Source: Octopus bimaculoides
Taxonomy: Eukaryota
NCBI RefSeq assembly: GCF_001194135.2
Contig: NC_068987.1
Coordinates: 35,636,651 to 35,700,650 of the forward strand
Direction: 5' to 3'
Length of the DNA stretch: 64,000 bases
Shown: piece after piece, positions 53,699-63,890 of the stretch
Layout of the letters: every line of letters starts with the position of its first letter
Numbering within the stretch: position 1 is the stretch's first letter
Translations under genes and position numbers: made by a program
Notes under the pieces: generated by a model
Seen by the model: only the letters and a program-made list of their open reading frames with translations
Databases searched by the model: none
Told to the model about the DNA's origin: nothing

Positions 53699-53950
53699 CA
53701 GGGGTCGATGTCGAACTAATGTAAACGAATGTAAATGGATCCGTACTAACGCTATTTAATTTGATTTAATGACTAGTAACAGTTCTGATAACTTCTTAGA
53801 TTTAATACAATGGGACTGATATCGATTAATATAAAGTAAGATGGTTTAGATTAGAATAGTTTAGTTAAATCCCATTCGATTGATTAGTTCCGTTCTCAGT
53901 TGCAGTTGTCTAGTTAGTTCCTCGTTCAAAATATTGTCCGTTTATAATTC
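53699..53950 (+). repeat. Unclassified dispersed repeat, copy 2
   Basis: See 46600-46850. Confidence 0.75.
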
Positions 53951-54491
53951 TAATATGATTTATGGAATGTAAAACCAATCTCGCGATGGCAATTAACCTG
54001 CGTGTGTGTGTGTATGTGTGTGAATGTCTGCATGCATACGTATAGTTATAATGATTAACATCTATGTTGGTATAAGTTAAATTAATAAATTTATAATGAC
54101 GTGAGCAATCGTATTAATTACTTTCTTGAGCCTTAAATTTTAATTTTTCTTTGAAATCTAATTCCTTTACTTGCAATAAATATGTGGTTTATTTGAAATT
54201 ACCATAGTTTTATTCTCTATCATAGACGCATAAGGTTTTAGCGCTTGATCTAATACATACCTTCTAAAATACACATATTATATATCAAATGAAACATTTT
54301 TTTTTATAAATAATCAAATTGACGGTTCTAAATTAAATACAAATATGACTTTGTTTACCATTACAACTTGATTTTCTTCATATAATGACTTTACATCTTC
54401 CAAGTTTACCATGTTACATTTCGATTTTCATCTCTCTCTCTTGCATGAATTTCAACATTAATAGAAATATAGCATTGGAATTTCTAACTTA

Positions 54492-55303
54492 CGAGGGGCG
54501 TTCATTAAATATTTCCCCTGACCAACTTCCGATTATTGCAGGAATCGGAACTTTTACACATATATTCATACATATCTCTACATGTCATATTCTAAATTAC
54601 ATGTTTCCATTAATATTCGATCTTTTTGAGAAGCAGGGACAAATAAATTGCTCCTATGCTCTTTTGAAAATGATCCAAGAAAAAGAGTAGGATTTTTCGG
54701 CAGACTTATCACACAGGTTAAAATATTAGGCCATCACTACGCTCTTGTGACTGAAGTCCACTCGAAGTAATGGACGCCTGATAGCTCAGCACCCACAACG
54801 AAGGCTTGTGAACAACCCTCAGCTGGTATAGTGATGCTCACAGTTATCTGAGGCCAGCTCGGGGTAGTAATGATATATTTTCTGGCAAAGGGCAGCAGAT
54901 TTAACGGGGCATATTATACTACTCTGCTACAGAAACTGCGGGATGCCCTCAAAACAACGCCTCGGTTCACAATGCTCATGATGCCCAGATGAAAGCACAT
55001 TCCGTCGACTATGAAATCCTTCCTCATCCCCCTTACTCTCCCTACGTTTTTCCAACCATGTAGTTATTTTTGAAGGAAAAGTACGTTTCGGGTAATGATG
55101 AACTTATTTCTGGAGTAAAGTGTTGGCCCCGGATGTAACCTACCGACTTCCATAGACGAGGTCCTCACAGCTGAATAAAACGATGGGATACGTGTGTCGC
55201 CATTCCAAGTGGCTATGTGCAGAAGGACGAATAATTATGCAACGTTTTGTTTATCCCAGTCCTTGGGAAGTGTGTCAGGGGAATTCTTTAATGAACATCC
55301 CTC
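54492..55303 (+). mobile_element. Internally deleted mariner with both TIRs and TA TSDs
   Basis: Left TA|CGAGGGGCGTTCATTAAATATTTCCCCTGAC; right GTCAGGGGAATTCTTTAATGAACATCCCTC|TA; coding relics PSAGIVMLTV, GAYYTTLLQKLRDA, YEILPHPPYSP. Confidence 0.95.
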
Positions 55304-55854
55304 TAAAGATTTTATGCGTGTGTATTCAATTCCTTGCACGCATGCGTCTTTACATTTGCCAGGACATGCGCAGTTTTGATATGCGTTTGTGAGTGCGTAA
55401 GTGTGCGTGTTTGTTTGTCTGTGTGCGTTTGTGCGCAAGTTTGTGTGTGTGCAATTTATGCCTAGATGAATCCATGGTGATCATTAGATCTAGAGAAAGC
55501 ATAATTGATATATATTCCGAAGTAATATCATGTAAATATAAAAACCAGACATCATTCCTAGAATTCGAAAAGAGCAGAAACACACTAGCCGTCTTTAGCA
55601 TATAATGGAACAATAGAAGAGCATATAAGCAACTGAACAAAATAGCCATTATTTTCGTGTAGTATATGCTATACCATTATACCACCAAATTAATTAAAAG
55701 GACATTTTGAGAAAATAAAATTTGTCAGCCCAAACAATGAGAATTAACAATAGAATACAGTTCTATTTTTAAGAGATGAGGAATTATGTACATTATTTAT
55801 ATTATTTACATTATTTACATTTGACAGACATTTGTCCTCATCTTGGTTGTTGTT

Positions 55855-55900
55855 AACGCAACGTTTCCGCTGATATAACCTGCAGCCACCATCAGGTGTC
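55855..55900 (-). ncRNA. Degenerate type I minimal hammerhead ribozyme
   Basis: GACAC-CUGAUGG-U-GGCUG[loop]CAGCG-GAAA-CGUU^GCGUU; A9->G, stem II closing mismatch and one stem I mismatch, so probably inactive here. Confidence 0.7.
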
Positions 55901-55981
55901 TTGGAGAAATTTCGAACCTGGGTTCTTATTCCTAAGTTATTTTTCGATGTTGTTATTATTATTGTTATTATCATTATTATT

Positions 55982-56190
55982 GTTCAGTAGTTATATTTTT
56001 ATAACGTGCTTTCACTTCACTACCGAGCGCAGCTCTGTGTGCCTTGGGTATGTGATGTGCTTTGCTGTGATACTCTTATGGTAACTGTATTGAAAGTGTT
56101 TTGCGTAGGATGTGTGCAGTGCCTAGTAGTGCAATTTTCTGTATGTTGTATATATTTGTAAGTCTTGGTGTTTTTGTTATGTATTATGTT
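55982..56190 (-). mobile_element. R4/Dong-like 3' stub inserted in a (TAA)n tract
   Basis: YITKTPRLTNIYNIQKIALLGTAHILRKTLSIQ (RLE C-terminus) plus 3' UTR; TAA/AAT repeats on both sides. Confidence 0.85.
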
Positions 56191-57420
56191 ATGTATTTAT
56201 TATTATTATTATTATTATTATTCAGGTCACTGCCTGGAATCGAACACGGAATCATGGGGTTAGTAGCCGGCGCTCTTAACCACTACGCCTTATGCTCGTG
56301 CGCATATGTGTTAACAAAAAACAGGATGAGAACAAATATCCGTCAAATGTAAACAATGTAAATAATGAACAACAGAATAGTTGTGCTGACTTACCCTACG
56401 ACATCTGAATTCATTAAGGAGTCGCCTACTGTGACTAAAATCACACTCATAAACTATACTAGCCATCCTGAAATCTACATACTCAAATATCAAAATAAGT
56501 ATAACATCACCACACACACATCCCCCTCTTTTATAATTGCCGTTCATTCCTCTCTCTCCTCACTTTCTACTCCTACTCATTAAATACACATAGAACTACC
56601 CACAAACCCCCAAAAACATTGTCATTCGTCAAAATTAATAAACATTCTTTACTTATGCATATGCTTCCTTCAAGATTAATGCCATAACGCCTGAGGAAAA
56701 TAGCACATGTATATGATCCACCCATATCCATCGATACTACAGACTTGACTGTAATAATCCCAGGAATACGGATTATGATCTGTAGCCGGGGTAATAACAG
56801 AGGAGCTTCTCTGTGTGCGTGTGTGTGTGTATGTGTGTGTGTGTGTGAGTGTGTATGCGTGTGTGTGTGTATGTCTGTCTGTCTGTATGTTTGTCTGTCT
56901 GTGTCTGTGTCTGTGTATGTGTCTGTGCGTGCGTACGTGCGCGTGTATTCTGTTAACGTAGTACAGTATTGTATAAACTCGTCCATCTTCAGATTTCACC
57001 CACCGTTACCCAGTAAAAGTACTACACGTACTTCCAGGCTTGCGTTTGGGCACCTGTATGTGTCAATAGATAATTGAAACACTTCGGAGCCAATAACAAA
57101 AAGTACGGTTGGACATTTATTTTCAATCACTAAAATTGTTTCTACGCAACGTAGTTTCTATGCGTACAGATAATTTATTGTCCAACCGTTTCTCTACATT
57201 ATCAGATCTAGTTGTGTTTCCTCTGGCCATATGCAAATATTGTGTCCATAAGTTGAACTTCTCGGCTTCTGCCTGTCATAGTATGAACTTAGAAGTGGTC
57301 ACTGAGTTTATCAATGTGTGTCGTAGTTGAAGTACCGTTGGCAAACAATTACAGTGATTGAAAATAAATATCCAACCGTACTCTTTCTTGTTGACTCAAT
57401 TTTTTTCGATTATATATATA

Positions 57421-57544
57421 NNNNNNNNNNNNNNNNNNNNNNNNNNNNNNNNNNNNNNNNNNNNNNNNNNNNNNNNNNNNNNNNNNNNNNNNNNNNNNNN
57501 NNNNNNNNNNNNNNNNNNNNNNNNNNNNNNNNNNNNNNNNNNNN
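57421..57544. other. Assembly gap
   Basis: Run of N between (TA)n tracts. Confidence 0.99.
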
Positions 57545-58319
57545 ATATATATATGTACATATACACTTTAATATATTAAAGCACTATCCTTTAGTTTATC
57601 ATTCAAACAGTTCACTGGCTATATCTTCATTATCATCCATTTTTTGCTCATGTTAGGTTGAATTACCACACGCTGCTTGTATTGATAACCTGTGATAAAT
57701 ACTGTAATTAACCCTTGTCCGTGGACAAGAAATATGTCCGCCACTGAGATGAATGACTACTGTACAAGAAACCGATAATGTCATCACTCCTTTTTGTGTA
57801 TCTATTAAATCAATAGATGTCATTTTATGCTGACTTAAGTATTCAATCCCATCTTTCCTAAATTCCTCAAATGTAGCATTCTATATATATATATTATTAA
57901 TCCTGACCTGATTTGCCATTTCATTCTAAATTCTATGTGGAATATCATCCGTGCATTGCCCGAAGATGTGACGTTTTACGAAAATGGGAAATGATATAAT
58001 GTTACATGATGATGCATATTGCTATATGACAAGTTATATGACATAACTGTGTTCCACCTAAGAGTTGTTACAGGAACATATTTAGCATGACACAAAACAT
58101 CCACGTATTTCATCCGTCTAATGCTTTATCTCACTCTCTTTCTCCCTCTCTCTCCCTATCTATCTCTGTATGTATACATACACAGACACATACTTGTATA
58201 TATATATACACACACGCACATACTAAAAACCAGGCATCATTCCTAGAATTCGAAAAGAACGTTTTGTAACAGAAAAACACGAACAGCACATAATGGAACA
58301 ATATTTATATTATATATAA

Positions 58320-58321
<2 letters not shown>

Positions 58322-58414
<93 letters not shown>

Positions 58415-58420
58415 TATATA
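58322..58420. repeat. (AT)n-(TATG)n microsatellite
   Basis: Directly visible. Confidence 0.95.
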
Positions 58421-58624
58421 CACAAACATACATAATAGAAAATTTAGACAAATATGTATAATTCGATTAGTGTGTTTCAATGTTGAGTAGATCACCGGCA
58501 CAGTTTAGGCTGCCTCTTGTCATCCGTAGTTGTAGTATACTTCTGTTGGATTTACTTCAGTGAATATGCAGTGGCAGTTAGGTTAGTGGTATTAATTGAT
58601 AGTAGGAAATGGATTTCGTATTAC

Positions 58625-58685
58625 ACATTTATTACGTACAGCATGTTTCGACCCGTTAGTCAGGGTCTCTTCAGATACATTCATA
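58625..58685 (-). ncRNA. Type I hammerhead ribozyme with intact core (Penelope 3' region)
   Basis: CUGAAGA (58674-58668), stem II GACCC/GGGUC with 8-nt loop, GAAA (58649-58646), downstream GUA triplets; stems I and III are imperfect. Confidence 0.8.
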
Positions 58686-58699
58686 GAAGGGTCTCACTA

Positions 58700-58721
58700 C
58701 ATATATATATATATATATATA

Positions 58722-58765
<44 letters not shown>

Positions 58766-58919
58766 NNNNNNNNNNNNNNNNNNNNNNNNNNNNNNNNNNN
58801 NNNNNNNNNNNNNNNNNNNNNNNNNNNNNNNNNNNNNNNNNNNNNNNNNNNNNNNNNNNNNNNNNNNNNNNNNNNNNNNNNNNNNNNNNNNNNNNNNNNN
58901 NNNNNNNNNNNNNNNNNNN
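58700..58919. other. (AT)/(GT)n then assembly gap (N 58766-58919)
   Basis: Directly visible. Confidence 0.98.
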
Positions 58920-59059
58920 TATATATATATATATGCATACACATACGTATACTCATATACACATATATTCATATATGGATACTTATATCTATATATACAC
59001 TAGATTGTTAAGTTACATATCTAACCACATGTTATTCCGAAACTGTTCTTTTTATATCA

Positions 59060-60370
59060 GGTGGATTAATCCGAGTTGAGGGTGTTAGGTTTACATTGGT
59101 TAGGTATGGTCAAGATTGTAATTTGCGAATGTGTGTTTAGTGGCATGTAGGCATCAGGGTAATTGTCCCGTAAATCTATTTATAAAGTACACCTTTGTTA
59201 ACAATATTGAGATTGACTCTTCGGAATATAATTGGCATTTCCGGGATAATGTGTTGCAGGGACTCGCATGTCTGATTATAGAGCAGGTCAGGTCATATTG
59301 TGCCTTCGCTTCTTTGAGCCTCCAGATAAAATCAGCCAGGGTGGTTACATACCGTTTAATGATTTTTCGAAAGCTGGGAAAGTGGTTAGGATATTGATCT
59401 TTGAAAATAACTGCCGGGGTGTATTACTGTTGATTGAATTGTTGGTGGTGTAATTCGTTGGATGGTTAGTGTCAATATTGAAGTTGTTTTCTCTCGGTTG
59501 GTTGGCAATTAAGTTCGATTTATCATCACTTCGATGAATTAATTGGTTGGTATGGGCGTTGTCTCTAAGTTGGTTATATGAGTCGCGGTTAATTTTTAAG
59601 GGCTTATTTTGAGTGCAGTCAGTTCGTTGTCTCAGTTAACGATTGTTAATCCATGCCTGTGGTGCTCTATATTTTATGAATTAGCCTAGGACTGTTTTAT
59701 AGTGTGACGGTTGAATAATTTGCTGTACACTCCATTTTTAGGGAACAACGATCAAGTGGGTCGAAAAACTGTTTCACGGTCGTGGATATGATATTCGAGC
59801 CCCAGATTGGGTTATACCAAAGGACATCATGGTTTTTATATTTTCGGTTAGGCTTATTTCTTCGAGTGTTTGAGGTGGCATAGGGATTTTGTAGAATTAA
59901 GTGTTTTATTTGTTGTCTGTTACTAGATTTCTCTAATTCATAGTTGGTTCTTATGTATCTAGGCTTAGTTAGCTTTTTCTTTCGGTTTGGGGTTCTATTA
60001 TGTAGGTTTGTAACTTTATATTTGTGGTTAGTATTGCGTTTGGTAAGGATGTCATAATGATTCATACTATGGCTCATTGAGTTATTACAGTTATTATTTC
60101 TATTGCTACTGTTAGGGGCGTACTGGATTTTTCCACGATACCCGGCCTTAGTTAGAGCTGTGTTATAATAATGTGCGTGTTTGTTGAATATATTCTCGCT
60201 CGCGGATAATCTAGATTTTCGAGCCGAGATGTTCTTAACTACTCACCTAATTATTGATGGTGGATAATTAGATCCAAAGTTTATGCATTTTAAGCTCTCA
60301 TTAAGTTTATGAAACTGTTATGTAGACCAGTGTCCAAATCGAACGGAACATCTAAATAGTTTACTCTGCG
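59060..60370 (-). mobile_element. 5'-truncated Penelope-like element (RT thumb + GIY-YIG)
   Basis: VNYLDVPFDLDTG, SNYPPSII, NIFNKHAHYYNTALTKAGY, VLWYNPIWGSNI, TTLADFIWRLK…SIIRHASPCNTLSRKCQL. Confidence 0.9.
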
Positions 60371-60599
60371 CTACTCGCTATATATATAGTGATAACGTGT
60401 CCGAAATTTTTGAAAAATTTAAATAAATATATTTATTGGTATTTTTCGGCAGTCGACACAAATATCACCAATAACAGAATCCGAAAGCAAAGAATTCCAA
60501 TGCACTTGGTGAACTATCATTTCTACATTGGCACTACAGAACACTGAATCGTACTCATGTATCACTTAAACGAAATTGTCATTAAAAAAAAAACAGGGG

Positions 60600-61210
60600 A
60601 AAATGTTCTAATATATATATATGTAAAGTTGAAATTTACAGCAAAACAAATGACGAAGACAGGTGTATGAAAAGATGTATTCGTTTGATTCTCGAGAAAG
60701 TGGAAATGTCTTTTACGTTTCGCACCTAGGCTCTTCAAGATAATCGGATAAGCGACAATAAACAGAGAGAGAAAAAAAATAAACTTGTGGATTTAGCGAT
60801 CAAAGATGGTGACTGGTTAGACAAATAGGTTTCGCAGGAGAGGTTGTGCCTGTGTGTGTAAGTGAGAATGTGTAAGTGTGTGTGTTTGGATAAGTGCTAG
60901 TGACTTTGACGTGTGTAGATGTGTGTGTGTATGTATATGCCTCTGTAATGTGTCGGTGTGTGAATGATGGTGTGTGGGTGTGCAGATGACGGTGTGTGGT
61001 CTGGGTGCTAGGAAGTGGTCACTGCTACTTTGTGTGGAGTGGTATGTGGTGATGTGATGTAGTGTAGATGGGTTGTGCTAGTGTGGTGTAGGAGGTAGGG
61101 GTGGTGTTCACTATCAATAAAGAAAGGTGGGTAGGTGGGTATATATAGGCGCAGGAGTGGGTCGAGGTAGGTGACTTTGTTCGTTTGAGCTGGATAGGGT
61201 ATTATTGATT
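60600..61210 (-). mobile_element. Possible PLE 3'/pLTR-like segment with a corrupted hammerhead-like motif
   Basis: GAAGAGC-CUAG-GUGC-GAAACGUA at 60708-60745; GT-rich low-complexity body; weak similarity (CCAGCTCAAACG) to the 51.7-kb PLE end. Confidence 0.35.
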
Positions 61211-61828
61211 GTCTTTTATTTATTTTTTCTGTAAATTCAGCCCAGCTCCGGCGCAATTTCGCCTACTATTGGCGTTTTCGTTTTGTTGCTTGTGTTGCAC
61301 GCAAAAGTTGTTTTTTTTTTTTGGGTGGGGGGCGTATCCTCACCTGAAAAAAGAGAAAGTTGAACTTCAATTTTTTGTGAAAATTGTAAAAGTAATTGTT
61401 CACTGAAGTGAATAATTTCTTTGTCAATTAATTGTGAAAATTATATCCCCTACAAAAACAGGTGAACTTCTCATTTGTGGAAGCTTGTTGTGGTCGCGGT
61501 GTTTCGGCTCCATTTTGTTTTATGAAAAAGGCCTGGAGTACATTATGGCCTGGAGAATTTGTCTTTTCACTCTAAGTGAATAGTTGTGGAAGTGTGTTCC
61601 TGTGTGTTCCAGTTGTGGGGTTCTAGGTTCGAACAGTAGGCCCGGATTACCTAGTCGCTGAAATAATTGTTCGGTGTGCTTTTTTGAACTGTTGAACTGT
61701 TTATTTTTCTGACTATCTATTTTCTTGAATTGTTTCTTCTTCCTTTTTGTTGTGACTTCTTATTTTTCAGATTTTTTTTAGAACTGTTTTCTGTTCGTGT
61801 TTTTCTTTTCTGAACTTAAAAAAAAAAC

Positions 61829-62300
61829 ATGGCGAAGAAACAAGACGCTGTCTTGGAGTGGGACTTTGCCTCACCCAAGGAGTGGTTGAAAGACTTAGAA
61901 AAAAGAATGGTGGGGCTGGAGATCTATTCTAGGTCTCTCGGCATCATCTTTCAATTCAGCAAAAGGAAAATTAAAAAAGATCTGGCAGATTATCTTCCAA
62001 CTATCAAACATATAGCTCGTGGGGGGGGGCATGCAAATTTGCAATGGTGTGGTTGCTGTTTGGCACTCCCAAGAAAGCTTGCAAATTTGTAAGCGAGTCC
62101 CTGGAGGGCGAGGAAATGTTGTTCCTCCCCACATATTGTGGGAGGATGTTGATATGAGCCTGGGTGTGTGGGCTGCCGCCTGGGATAAATCCCTGGTGGA
62201 TAGAAGATACTGTTCGCAGAGGTCTGGGTTGCAGCAATTCCAGGCTCTTGAGTGTTAAAATGATCCATGTAACTGATTGGATCGGGACAAATGCTGTTTT
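61829..62300 (+). mobile_element. Tx1/L1-like ORF1 relic 3 with ~550-bp upstream leader
   Basis: AAAACATGG start; …GIIFQFSKRKIKKDLADYLPTIKHIARG…FLPTYCGR…VCGLPPGINPWWIE is homologous to relic 2 (LLPSYLGR…IEEVLPEIDVAWV). Confidence 0.65.
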
Positions 62301-62363
62301 GACCCTTTGAATCCAATCAGCTAAAGACCTTGTTTCTCCTGATTTTTTTTAAGATGGCCACCG

Positions 62364-62666
62364 ATGAAGCAGACTGAGGCTTCCCCCTGTGAGTGGGACA
62401 GTGATTTCATTGTCTTCTACCACAGGGGAGGGGTCGTGGAGTGCTACCTGGATGGCACACTTGACCGTGAACGCTTAGAGTCCGGGTTCCTGGAATATCC
62501 AGAGTGGCCTCCACAGGTGTACGCGGAGGTTCTGAGCAACACACAGTTGTTCAAGATAATGGCCTCATTTAGAAAGGAAGATTTTCAATTCCTTGGGATA
62601 GGCTCCCACTTGTCGCAGCAGGCTTGCCTGCGGGCAACAAAAAAGTTGCTCGGGGAGAAAGTCTAA
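62364..62666 (+). CDS. Uncharacterised 100-aa ORF, possibly the distal part of the ORF1 relic
   Basis: ATG start, non-repetitive composition, GC-richer than flanks; no recognisable motif. Confidence 0.2.
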   Translation: MKQTEASPCEWDSDFIVFYHRGGVVECYLDGTLDRERLESGFLEYPEWPPQVYAEVLSNTQLFKIMASFRKEDFQFLGIGSHLSQQACLRATKKLLGEKV

Positions 62667-62974
62667 GACGCTTAAGTGTCTATTCATTGATCATTAAATT
62701 ATGTTATTTTGATTGTTTGATTTGATTTGATTTGATTTGATTGTATGGAATTCGAATTGTAAAAGAAGAGTGGTTTCGAGGGGACTTTGGTCGGCGGTCG
62801 CCGTATACACCTCTCATTTATAACATACGCATTTTGTCATTTCTCATTTCATTAATGTAAATGTCCAGCCCGCATTGTTTTTATGCAAGGCCTTCATGGC
62901 CAATTTCCATGAAATAAAGAAGCTCACTTCCCGCTGCACGGCGCATGTGCGAATCAGAGTGGTTCCTCGAGCCA

Positions 62975-63890
62975 TAGTGACAACACAGATAACGGTAGCT
63001 TTGTTGTGAATTAAGTCTACAAAGAGATATTAGCAGCACAGCCTGAAGATAGGAGAGATTTGTTTATGTGGCACAGCGGGGGTGCGTTACTTGTTTGTTA
63101 TTGTTATTTTTCACTAATAAGGTATCTCCACTGGTCTCGAGGTAATTTTGTTCGCCTTTGGTTGCGTTGGTTTAGTTGGAAATTCTTGGGGGGCGTATCC
63201 CGCAACGTAAGATTTTTTTCTAATGAGATTTTTTTTTTTTACTGAAGACTTTCGTAATTGGATTTTTGTTCCTGTTAATGGATAGTCAGGTTAATTATAC
63301 AGCGGACACCAGATTTTTAAGGATAAAAGTATTTGGATATCGTGGATTACCTATATCGAATTACCCAGGCCTGGACAGGAGTTCGAATAGGCCAGAGGAT
63401 AGTGGACATTTTAACTGTGTATTTTTCTTTTTTGTAATGACAACACAGCTAAAAAATAGCTCTGTTGTGGATTAAGTTTACGAAAAGATACTAGCAGCAC
63501 AGCCTGAAGGTAGGAGGAATTTTGTTTCTGGGACACATTGGAGATGTGTTGCTTGTAGTTTATTATTATTTTTCACTAAGATACCTCCACTGGTCTCGGG
63601 GTGATTTTGTTCGCCCTCGGTTGCCTTGGTTTTGTTGAAAAGTTCCTGGGGGCGTATCACGCGACGCAGGAATTTTTGTTAACGAAAATATTTAATTGAA
63701 GACTTTTGTAACTAGATTGTTGTCTGTTTATGGACAATCAAGTACTGACTGCTGTTAATTATACAGTGAACATCTGATTTTGTGGAAAAATAATTTGGAT
63801 ATTGGGGATTACGTATATTGGATTACCCAGGATGGGCCAAGAGTTTGAATAGTCCCGAGGAAAGTGGACATATAACTGTGCATTTTTTTA
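62975..63890. repeat. Tandem duplication, two ~460-bp units
   Basis: TGACAACACAG at 62978 and 63438; collinear GCAGCACAGCCTGAAG, CTCCACTGGTCTCG, GGGGGCGTATC, GATTACCCAGG/AATTACCCAGG, AGTGGACAT; roughly 75-80% identical by eye. Confidence 0.92.

Larger units (their letters stand above)
55750..56305 (-). mobile_element. Composite non-autonomous retroelement: tRNA-like head + (AAT)n + hammerhead-bearing tail
   Basis: A-box AGGCGTAGTGG (56290-56280), B-box GTTCGATTCC (56245-56236); hammerhead-like motif at 55900-55855; interrupted by a Dong stub. Confidence 0.75.

Noticed and set aside
56222-56300. Possible tRNA gene (anticodon-loop-like CTACTAA)
   Set aside because: No well-paired acceptor stem; runs directly into (AAT)n and repeat sequence. 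Treated as a SINE head.
61141-61160. 20-nt match to the start of the SINE at position 26 (ATATATAGGCGCAGGAGTGG)
   Set aside because: Partly low-complexity and similarity stops before the A-box ends; cannot distinguish a stub from chance.
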